Shown here piece after piece: positions 18,607 to 26,986 of a stretch of 64,000 nt of DNA; the first letter of the stretch is position 1, and each line of letters begins with the position of its first letter. Below the pieces are notes generated by a model. The model had not been told where the DNA came from. It saw only the letters and a list, made by a program, of their open reading frames with translations, and did not search any database. The stretch is taken from positions 1,511,379 to 1,575,378 of the forward strand of contig OZ241907.1 of NCBI GenBank assembly GCA_965203515.1, given 5' to 3'. Made by a program: the position numbers and the translations under genes. Origin of the DNA: Spirochaetia bacterium (GTDB lineage: Bacteria > Spirochaetota > Spirochaetia > SZUA-6 > Bin103).

Positions 18607-19453
18607 ATGAGCGCCATCTGTCAAGGTCCCGCCGCCGGCGATCCGGGCCCGCGACGGACCGCCGCCACCGCCGCCGACCTGCGCAGCCACTGGGCCGGCG
18701 CCCGCAACGTGCTGCTGGCCGGCGAGTGCGCGCCGTTCGCCTGGGAACCGCCGCCGGTGGCCGACATCGTCGACCGCCTGCGGCGCGACGACGACGCGCG
18801 CCTGCGCGACCTGTCGCCGGACCGGCCGGACGGCCCCTACTACCGGGAGGACGGCTTCATCGACCAGTTCCGCGCCCTGCCGCTGGAACGGGTCATGGAG
18901 ATGCCGTTCGGGCTCTCCCACTTCTCGCTCACCAACTTCACCAGCCGCGGCGATCTGTTCGCCGGTCTCTGGACGGAGGTGATGGAGCCGTGGCAGGCGT
19001 TTCCTGGCGCGCGCCGGCTTCACCTGGTACCGGTGCTACCCGATCGTCTTCATCAGCGGCGCCGGCGTCCCCGGCCGCTACCACATGGACGTGTCGCACG
19101 TCGTCGCCTGGCAACTGCACGGCACCAAGGTGTTCAACGGCCTGCGCGACCCGTTCCGGTGGGCGCCGCTGGAACAGGCGGTCGATCCGGACTGGCGCGC
19201 GGGCATCGTCAAGCCGGCGGACCTGCGCGACGGGGACGTGCTGAGCTACGTCATGCCGCCCGGCGCCGTCCTCTGGAATCAACCGCTCACCCCGCACTGG
19301 GTCGACGCCGGCATCACGGACGCGGGCGGTGCGGACGAGGTGGCGGCCAGCCTCAACATCTCGCACGGCGGACTCCGGCTCGACGGCGACCTGTCGCCGG
19401 CCGGCCGCGCCCTCGACCGCTACTACCGCCAACACCCGGACCAGCGGTTCTGA
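18607..19453 (+). pseudogene. JmjC/cupin-like 2OG-Fe(II) oxygenase with a +1 frameshift at TTT 19000-19002 (or sequencing error)
   Basis: Removing one T joins '...MEPWQAF' to 'LARAGFTWYRCYPIVFISGAGVPGRYHMDVSHVVAWQLHGTKVF...WNQPLTPHWV' (HxD...H triad). Confidence 0.7.
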
Positions 19454-19487
19454 CGGACCGGCGGCCTCTACCGTGGCGGCGGCCACG

Positions 19488-19838
19488 TCATGGCGCCAGC
19501 AACGCGAACACCGTCGTCAGCGAAGTGACGACCACGAAGCCCACGCCGATCATCCACGTCAGCGCGTTGAAGCGCTTGTCGACGTGCCCGATCAGATCCC
19601 CGAACCGCTGGTCGACCGCCTCGAAGCGCCGCTCCATGAACCCGAAGCGCTCGTCCATCAGCACCCGCTGCGCCTTGAGCTCTTCCTCGACCCGAACCAT
19701 CCGCTCCAACAGGGCGGCGGGGACATCGACCGTCTCCGCCCGCGGGACCACGTGGTCGACCAGCTCCCGGAGCCACGGCTTGACGTAGTCTCCGATGCGG
19801 ACGACGTCCTCTTCCTTCAGCATCACCGGCTCTCCCAT
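19488..19838 (-). CDS. Membrane-anchored coiled-coil protein, copy 1 (116 aa; DUF1640/CCDC90/Bdr-like architecture)
   Basis: 'LLERMVRVEEELK', heptads 'RRFEAVD', C-terminal TM 'WMIGVGFVVVTSLTTVFALL'; RBS AGGAGGT. Confidence 0.8.
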   Translation of the reverse strand: MGEPVMLKEEDVVRIGDYVKPWLRELVDHVVPRAETVDVPAALLERMVRVEEELKAQRVLMDERFGFMERRFEAVDQRFGDLIGHVDKRFNALTWMIGVGFVVVTSLTTVFALLAP

Positions 19839-19911
19839 CGGCACCTCCTGTACTATAGCCAATAACGAGCCGGCGGCGCTGGCGCTTCAATCCGTCCGAT
19901 CGATCGGTACG
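19839..19911. repeat. Conserved ~73-bp upstream element, copy A (copy B at 21724-21797)
   Basis: Near-identical to 21724-21797; contains palindrome CCGATCGATCGG at 19896-19907. Confidence 0.9.
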
Positions 19912-19926
19912 AGCGAGGAAGGCGTC

Positions 19927-20748
19927 TCAGTCAGCCGGGGGCTTGGCGGCGCGCAGCGAGAACGACAGCGGGATCGAGCCGTTGCGCTCCGGGAGCCGCC
20001 ACCAGCCGTCGGCGCCGCGCACCATACCCGGCAGCGCCCGATAGTTGCTGAACGGGAACTCGTGGAGGAACTGCAGACGCAGCCCGGCGGCCAGCAGCGC
20101 GTTCACGATCTCCGCCATGCTGTGCTGCCACTCATAGCAGGGGGACGGGATGGTCCCGCCGTCGGTGTAACCAGAACCGCCGCCGTAGAAGGCGCCGGCC
20201 GGATCCGGGAAATAGGGATTGCCGACGCGCAACTCGGAGGAGCCGTCCGGGTCATCGTCATCCGCGAAGATATGGCACAGAGGGTGACCGTCGAATAGAT
20301 AGAACGCGCCGCCGGGCTTCAGGGCGCCGGCCGCGACTTTGGCCCAGGCGGTGAGGTCCGGCAGCCACGCCAGCACGCCGGTCGCGGTATACACGATGTC
20401 GAACTGCTCCTGCAGCACCCCCGGCAGGTCGTACACGTCGCTGCGGATGAACCGCGTGTCCAGCCCCAGCTCCGCGCTCAGGCCGCGCGCCAGGTCGATG
20501 GCGGCGTCGGAGAAATCGACGCCGGTGGCGCGCGCGCCGAGCCGAGTCCACGACATGGTGTCCATACCGAAGTGGCACTGCAGGTGGAGCAGGCTCAATC
20601 CGGCGACCGGGCCGACCTCCTCCCGTTCGATCGCGTTGAGCGAGATGCGACCGGCCTTGAAGCCGGCCACGTCGTAGAACGCGGAGGCCGCGTGCACCGG
20701 CACGCGGTCGTTCCAGTTCCGGCGGTTGACCGCCAAACGCCGGTCCAT
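19927..20748 (-). CDS. Class I SAM-dependent methyltransferase
   Basis: 'LLHLQCHFGMDT', 'ATGVDFS', 'FDIVYT..GVLAWLPDL', 'YLFDGHP', 'EWQHS'. Confidence 0.9.
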   Translation of the reverse strand: MDRRLAVNRRNWNDRVPVHAASAFYDVAGFKAGRISLNAIEREEVGPVAGLSLLHLQCHFGMDTMSWTRLGARATGVDFSDAAIDLARGLSAELGLDTRFIRSDVYDLPGVLQEQFDIVYTATGVLAWLPDLTAWAKVAAGALKPGGAFYLFDGHPLCHIFADDDDPDGSSELRVGNPYFPDPAGAFYGGGSGYTDGGTIPSPCYEWQHSMAEIVNALLAAGLRLQFLHEFPFSNYRALPGMVRGADGWWRLPERNGSIPLSFSLRAAKPPAD

Positions 20749-20787
20749 GGGCTCCCGCGGGGCGGTCTCGTCGAGTCCTCGGTCGAC

Positions 20788-21222
20788 CTACGCGGCGAGC
20801 AACGCGAACACCGTCGTCAGCGAGGTGACGACCACGAAGCCCACGCCGATCATCCACGTCAGCGTATTGAAGCGCTTGTCCACCGTCTCGAACCGCTTGT
20901 CGACCGTCTCGAACCGCTTGTCGATGTGCCCGATCAGATCCTCAAACCGTTTGTTCATATCCTCGAAGCGCTTGTCGACCGCCTCGAAGCGCTTGTCGAC
21001 CGCCTCGAAGCGCCGCTCCATGAACTCGAAGCGCTCGTCCATCAGCACCCGCAGCGCCTTGAGCTCTTCCTCGACCCGAACCATCCGCTCCAACAGGGCG
21101 GCGGGGACATCGACCGTCTCCGCCCGAGGGACCACGTGGTTCACCAGCTCCCGGAGCCACGGCTTGACGTAGTCTCCGATGCGGACGACGTCCTCTTCCC
21201 TCAGCATCACCGGCTCTCCCAT
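20788..21222 (-). CDS. Membrane-anchored coiled-coil protein, copy 2 (144 aa)
   Basis: Paralogue of 19488-19838 with 4 extra heptads (KRFEAVD/KRFEDMN/KRFETVD). Confidence 0.82.
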   Translation of the reverse strand: MGEPVMLREEDVVRIGDYVKPWLRELVNHVVPRAETVDVPAALLERMVRVEEELKALRVLMDERFEFMERRFEAVDKRFEAVDKRFEDMNKRFEDLIGHIDKRFETVDKRFETVDKRFNTLTWMIGVGFVVVTSLTTVFALLAA

Positions 21223-21249
21223 CGGCACCTCCCGCTACTATAGCCAATC

Positions 21250-21723
21250 CTACGAGAGCAACGCGAACACCGTCGTCAGCGAGGTGATGACCACGAAGCC
21301 CACGCCGATCATCCACGTCAGCGTGTTGAAGCGCTTGTCCACCGTCTCGAACCGCTTGTCCACCGTCTCGAACCGCTTGTCGAGGTGCCCGATCAGATCC
21401 TCGAACCGTCTGTTCATATCCTCGAAGCGCTTGTCGACCGCTTCGAAACGCTTGTCGACCGCTTCGAAGCGCTTGTTTATATCCTCGAAGCGCTTGTCGA
21501 CCGCCTCGAATCGCCGCTCCATGAACCCGAAGCGCTCGTCCATCAGCACCCGCAGCGCCTTGAGCTCTTCCTCGACCCGAACCATCCGCTCCAACAGGAC
21601 GGCGGGGACATCGACCGTCTCCGCCCGAGGGACCACGTGGTTCACCATCTCTCGGAGCCACGGCTTGACGTAGTCTCCGATGCGGACGACATCCTCTTCC
21701 TTCAGCATCACCGGCTCTCCCAT
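21250..21723 (-). CDS. Membrane-anchored coiled-coil protein, copy 3 (157 aa)
   Basis: Paralogue with 6 more heptads than copy 1; head-to-tail with copy 2. Confidence 0.82.
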   Translation of the reverse strand: MGEPVMLKEEDVVRIGDYVKPWLREMVNHVVPRAETVDVPAVLLERMVRVEEELKALRVLMDERFGFMERRFEAVDKRFEDINKRFEAVDKRFEAVDKRFEDMNRRFEDLIGHLDKRFETVDKRFETVDKRFNTLTWMIGVGFVVITSLTTVFALLS

Positions 21724-21797
21724 CGGCACCTCCCGCTACTATAGCCGATAACGCGCCGGCGGCGCAGGCGCTTCAATCCGTCCGATCGACCGGTACG
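21724..21797. repeat. Conserved ~74-bp upstream element, copy B
   Basis: Near-identical to 19839-19911; homology stops abruptly after GGTACG. Confidence 0.9.
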
Positions 21798-21827
21798 GTG
21801 TCCGGCGACGATCAAGACGAGAACGCG

Positions 21828-24771
21828 CTACCTCGACCTTGGGGCGGCCAACAGCATGGCGTCGAGCAGGCGCTTCTCGCGGGCGCCGCGCGGATAGAGC
21901 GCCGACAGGGCGTTGGCCAGGCGCAGGAAGTCGGGGCCGCGCTCGTGCTCGGCCTTGAGCAGCGCTCGCAACGCATTGGCGTGGCCGTTCGCCTGCAGCA
22001 GCATGGCGGCGTGCACGCGGTCGAGCGTGGTGGCGGCCACCGCCCGCAGCTCGACGTCGCCGTCCAGGATGCCGGCCCGGCGGCGCTTGCGGCCGCCGGT
22101 GCGGGGCGCGCGGTCCCACTCCGGGAACAGCGAGCGCTGCAGGCCGGCGGCCGGGTCGGCCTCGATCCAGTCGGCGGCGGCGCCGGCGCCGGCGTCGCCA
22201 ACAGGTCCTTGGCGCGCTCGGCCACCGGCAGCAGGCGCACCACGCCCTTGGCCTGGGCGATGACGCGGCCGGTCCAGCGCTCCAGGTCGATGCCCATCGG
22301 CTGCGCGAAGCGGCGCACCACGTCGAACGGCAGGTTGAGGCTTTGTGCCGCGGCCGCTTCGTCCTCCTCGTCGTCTTCCACGCCACGGCCATCGCCGCCG
22401 GCGTCGGTGGTCTGCAGCGTCCAGAGGAACAGCGCCGTGAGGCGCGCGTCTTCTTCCAGCGCGCCGGTCATGCCGTTGCGGGCGCGGGCTTCGGCGGCGC
22501 CGAGGACGGTTTCGAGGGCGGCGCGGCCGACCACCTCCCACACCTTTTCCAGGTACTCCGGCAGGCCGACCGTGCGCCCGGCGGCGGTCTCGACCGCGCG
22601 GTAGCGGCTGTAGAGTTCGAGCGCCGGGCCGATGCAGGCGAACACCAGGTCGGCGCCGCGCACGCCTTCGCCCTGCAGGCGCGCCATCCACTCGGCGACG
22701 CGCACCGGCAGCGCGTGCAGCACGTCGGCCCAATCGCCGACCGGCGCGTCGGCCGGCCGCGGCCGGCAGATCAGGTGAATGCTGGTGGCCAGCGCGGCGG
22801 AATCGCGCGCCCGCAGTCGGGTGCCCAGTTCGGTGGCGATCGGCCAGGAGCCGGTGATGGTCCAGCCGCCGCGGATCATGCCGACCAGCAGCGCCTCCCA
22901 GCCTTCGGTGGTCTTGTGCGCGAAGACGACGGAGCCGACGCCGTGTTCGGCGAGCATGCGGCGTCCCTCGGCGAACGCTCTTGCCATCGTCTCCTCGAAC
23001 CACCGGCGGTCCTTCGGGCGGCCATCCTGCCGCTTGGTCTCGTCCTGCACCGCCTCGCGTGTCTTGGGAGACAAGCGATTATCTGCGTCGAACGGGTCCC
23101 GCAGGAGTGGATGTCCGGGCAGCGTGCGCTTGAGCCAGACGAGGAAGAAGTCGGAGAGGTCGGCATACGGAACGGCGTCATAGTAGGGAGGATCGGTAAA
23201 CCAGACCGAGGCGGACTCGTCGGGGAGAGGATGGTCGGTAGCGTCCGCCGGCTGAGTCTGGCCCCGACCGCGGCTGACCGATGCATCGACGACATCGGCG
23301 ATAAGTTCGTATCCGCTTTGCCAGTTGCCCGGCGCTTCGGCTGTTATCACGACCTCCGCAAAGTCCCACACCATGGGGATCGCCTGGCGACCGAACGTAT
23401 GCTCTTCTCAGCCATGGCATTCCATCGAGTACACGTCATGTTGCTCATGGATACGCGGTTGAATGCGCAGGCTAATATCGAGGCGATCCCGGCTGCGCTG
23501 CCGCTCCGAACGACGTCGAGTAAGTTGACCAGCGCCATTTTCTGGCGAGCGGAGAAGAGGTCGGCCCAGCGGAGCATGCCGTAGCGCTGCACGCGGAACC
23601 CCAGCGTGCCGATCGGCGGCAGCGGTTCGTCCGGCACTGGGCACAGTCCCTGCTTGCCGCCGCGCTCCCACTCGCCCAGCAGCGCCGCCAGCCGCTCCTG
23701 CGCCCGCCGCACCGCCGCGTAGTCCGCCTCGCCCGCCGGCCGGTAGTGCCGCCCCGGCGCATCCGCCCGCAGCGTCACCACCGCCGTCAGCCGCGCGCCG
23801 CCGGTCCGCCGTCCGTCCGCGTCGAACACCGCATCGGCGCCGCCGCGCTGCGCCGCAAGCTGCGCCCGCACCCGCTCCGGCGCCAGCACCGCGCCGCAGC
23901 ACAAGCACGCCGCCCGCGCCCGCGCCACCGTACCGCCCGGCACCTCCGCGTCCGCCGCCGGCGTGAACACCTCGAACCGCACCGCCGGCGGCCCCTCCGG
24001 CCGGCGCTCCACCCGATAGCGCAGCGCCCGCTTGCGCTTCGGCTTGCGGCACAGCCAGAACGAGCGCATCAGCGGCAGCTCCGCCCCGCACTGCGGCGCC
24101 TCGCAGCGCACCGTGCGCGCCCACAGGTAGGCGATCGGCGTCTCCCTGTCGGGGTCGGCCGGGTACAGGTCGGCCAACTCCTGCGCCGCCGCGTCCCGTA
24201 TCTCGCCGCCGGCCCGGCGCAGTTCAGCGGCCAGCCCCGGACCGTGGCGGGGGATGTCCTCCAGCATCACCTTGAGGATCAGGCACGCCACCGGGTTCAG
24301 GTCGCTGGCGAACGCCTCGCAGCCGAGGCGTAGCGCCTCCAGCGGGATGGAGCCGCCGCCGGCGAACGGATCGACCACCAACGGCGCCTCCTCGCCATGC
24401 GCGGCCCGCACCAGTTCGCGGCCGACGCGCAGGCAGGTCGAGTGCGCCGCCAGGTCCCAGTTGGCGAATTCGCCGATGAACCGGAGCAGCGCGGCGCGCA
24501 GCTCGGCGTCATCCGCCGGCGGCTGCCGCACCGCGCCCAGGATGGCGCGCGCCTGCCGCTTGAAGGCGTCGGGGCAGTGCGGGTCGAGCGGATCGGGCAG
24601 CAGCAGGGCCAGCAGCACGGCGCGCGACGAGGCGAGCGGGCGCCGCGCCCACCAGAGATGGAGCGTGGACGGATGCCCGTGGCGGATCGACTTCTCCCGC
24701 GCCGCGTGCCGGGACACCTCGGCGATCGGAAAGTCGACCTCGGCCAGCCGCCGGCACGCGCGGGGAATCAC
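21828..24771 (-). pseudogene. DUF1156-domain adenine-specific DNA methyltransferase with two frameshifts (~23400-23408 and ~22200)
   Basis: 'EVDFPIAEVSRHAAREKSIRHGHPSTLHLWWARRPLA', 'DPFAGGGSIP', Zn-ribbon 'RCEAPQC'; frame switch to 'HTFGRQAIPMVWDFAE', 'TDPPYYDAVPYADLSDFF'; second switch to 'GDAGAGAAADW...LANALSALYP'. Confidence 0.85.
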
Positions 24772-24930
24772 GATACGACGATCGCCGCTGCGATTACCGT
24801 TGATCGCCTATATCGAGAACGTAAAGCGTCCTGAAAATCCATCGTAAGCACTCCTTGGCATATGACGTCGCGGCCAATGAGTACCTGGAAAGGTCTTCAT
24901 GCTGCATGGGGCGGATTAGCCGGACGGGGA

Positions 24931-24996
24931 CGGGGCATCCTCGCCATGCGCGGCCCGCATCAGTTCACGGCCGGCGCGCGGGTAAGGTCGGGTGCG
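24931..24996 (-). pseudogene. Decayed second fragment of a DUF1156 methylase gene
   Basis: Aligns by eye to 24382-24446 (CCTCGCCATGCGCGGCCCGCA shared); reads 'GRELMRAAHGEDAP' vs 'GRELVRAAHGEEAP'. Confidence 0.7.
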
Positions 24997-25068
24997 AGCA
25001 CGGACGTCGAGCGGCGCACCCCCGGGGGATGCGCCGCTCCATATCGTGAACGAAAACGCCGGGTGCGG

Positions 25069-26913
25069 TTACTGGACGCTGTCCCAGGTCGCCTTGGCCT
25101 CGGCCACCTTGGTGGTCCAGGCATGCATGAGCTGGTCGCCGCCCGCTTCCCGGTACTCGGCCACGTACTCGTCCCAGTCGGCCATCACGTCCTTGTTGCC
25201 CAGGACGAACGCGACCCACCACTTGTTCCTGATGTCGGTCAGCGCCGCCGCGATCTGCGTCTCTTCCTCGCTCAGGACGACCAAGTCCAGGTACTGCGGC
25301 CATCCTTCCCAACCTTCGGCCAGAAAGGTGTTCCACACCTCGTTGGCGGCCTGGAACTGGCACCAGCTCGGCGGGTTGGGTCCCGCGCACTCGGCGCAGC
25401 CGCCGCCCCGCCAGACGTCAGAGTACGGCGCTTCGCAGGCCGAGCCCTCCGGGACCGCCAACGCCGCGCTCTCGCGCTCGGTGCGCACGTCGCGGACGTG
25501 CTGGATCGCCTCGAACCAGTTGCCGAACTCGGCGTAGGGGACGATGCCGTTGTCGTAGTTGGAGGTGGCCACGCCCGGATACCACATCAGATCGCCCGGC
25601 GCCTGCGCCTCCATCTCTTCCAGCGTGCGCCCCTGCATCCACTGGCCGCGGATGTCCCGGAAGAACTCGTCCATGTCGAAGTCGCTGTAGTCGTCCCTGG
25701 TGTAGTGGATGCCCTTGATGCCGAACCAGCGCGCCGCCTGCCCTTCCTCGCTGACCCACCATTCGACCAGATCGAGCGCCCGGTCCGGGTTCTCGCTGAA
25801 GGACGGAACGGTGATCGCGCGATAGACGCCCAACGGCACCTCGGTGTCGTGCGCGCGTCCGCCGGGGCCGCGAATCGGATGCAGCATCTGCGGAAAGTCG
25901 GCCAGGGTCGCTTCCGGGTTGGCGGCCTGGAACTTCTTGAACTGCTGCACGTAGGAGTCGGGGCGCGGCCCCTTGTACATGCCGGACAGGTGCTTGCCGG
26001 CAGCGATCTGGTCGATGTAGTCGAACAGCTCGCCGGTCAGCCAGCCCGGATAGATGAGCTGCTCGGCCGCGTGCTGCTGCACGGTCTGCCAGATCACCTG
26101 ATTGCGGGGGTCGATCGCTGCGTCGTACCAGTCGCCGTCCGCGTCCTGCGCGAAGCTGGTGTCGCGCGGACCGCCGAATCCGACCTCCAGGCCGTGCGTC
26201 TGGAAGTAGAGGTAGTTGAGCCCCTTCCAGTGGATGCCCTTGTAGGTCGGCCAGCCAAAGCCGGTGGCGCCCAGCCGGTCGCGCGCCTGCCGCATGGCGT
26301 GGACCTGCTCTTCGTAGGTCTCCGGGACGTCCAGCCCCAGCTCGTCGAGCATGAAGCCGTTGTAGACGATGGCGCTGTCGGTGATCGGCTTGAAGCGGTT
26401 GCCGGTCATCACCGCGTAGTAGTTGTCGGCGCCCCCGTTCTGCACCAGGTTGTACAGCCGGTAGACCGGGTCCTGGAAGATCGCGTGCAGGATCGGATAA
26501 CGGTCCGGCTGCGCGTTGACGATCTCTCCCACGTTGGTCAGCAGGCCGTCTTCGATCCAGCCCTGCCAGCGCGTCAGCCCCAGCCACGGGTGACCGGGCC
26601 ACATCATCACCAGGTCGGGAGCCGTGCCGGCGGCCATGATCGACACGATGTACTCGCCGTCGCCGCCCCCGCCGTACTCCATGCTGAAGTCGACGTTGAA
26701 CGTCTCCTCGACGTAGGCCCAGATGCGGTCCTGCGCGACCAGGTCCATGTCCCAGCCGGTCGGATCGAATCCGCGATAGAGCATTCCGATCGGCACCCGC
26801 TCCATCATCCCCGCTCCGGCCGCCTCGTCCTGTCCGGCGGCGAAGAGGTGAGCGCCCGCCAAAAGGAACGACGCGCCGATCGCTGCGCAGAGCAGCTTGC
26901 GTGCATTCGCCAT
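25069..26913 (-). CDS. Extracellular solute-binding protein, family 1 (sugar ABC; LplA-like)
   Basis: Signal 'MANARKLLCAAIGASFLLAGAHLFAAGQDE'; 'LDELGLDVPETYEE', 'RALDLVEWWVSEEG', 'ARWFGIKGIHY', 'WDEYVAEYREAGGD'; RBS GGAGG. Confidence 0.88.
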   Translation of the reverse strand: MANARKLLCAAIGASFLLAGAHLFAAGQDEAAGAGMMERVPIGMLYRGFDPTGWDMDLVAQDRIWAYVEETFNVDFSMEYGGGGDGEYIVSIMAAGTAPDLVMMWPGHPWLGLTRWQGWIEDGLLTNVGEIVNAQPDRYPILHAIFQDPVYRLYNLVQNGGADNYYAVMTGNRFKPITDSAIVYNGFMLDELGLDVPETYEEQVHAMRQARDRLGATGFGWPTYKGIHWKGLNYLYFQTHGLEVGFGGPRDTSFAQDADGDWYDAAIDPRNQVIWQTVQQHAAEQLIYPGWLTGELFDYIDQIAAGKHLSGMYKGPRPDSYVQQFKKFQAANPEATLADFPQMLHPIRGPGGRAHDTEVPLGVYRAITVPSFSENPDRALDLVEWWVSEEGQAARWFGIKGIHYTRDDYSDFDMDEFFRDIRGQWMQGRTLEEMEAQAPGDLMWYPGVATSNYDNGIVPYAEFGNWFEAIQHVRDVRTERESAALAVPEGSACEAPYSDVWRGGGCAECAGPNPPSWCQFQAANEVWNTFLAEGWEGWPQYLDLVVLSEEETQIAAALTDIRNKWWVAFVLGNKDVMADWDEYVAEYREAGGDQLMHAWTTKVAEAKATWDSVQ

Positions 26914-26986
26914 GTGAGCTATCCTCCAGAGGTCCCGATCGTACCCCACGCGCGCCGCCGCGGTCCAGCGGCCGGAGAGAATCCCC

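Noticed and set aside
19839-19911. Integron attC interpretation of the conserved upstream element
   Set aside because: No RYYYAAC/GTTRRRY core pair or long imperfect hairpin; no integron integrase
20860-21520. Regular 21-bp repeats resembling a CRISPR array
   Set aside because: The units are contiguous with no unique spacers, are in frame within coding genes, and no cas genes are present
19488-21723. Diversity-generating retroelement (TR/VR) explanation for the paralogous copies
   Set aside because: Differences are repeat-number changes and mixed substitutions, not adenine-specific; no reverse transcriptase in the window
24780-24930. AT-richer patch with short ORFs (e.g. 24855-25049)
   Set aside because: No recognisable motif, RBS or consistent frame; treated as part of the decayed region
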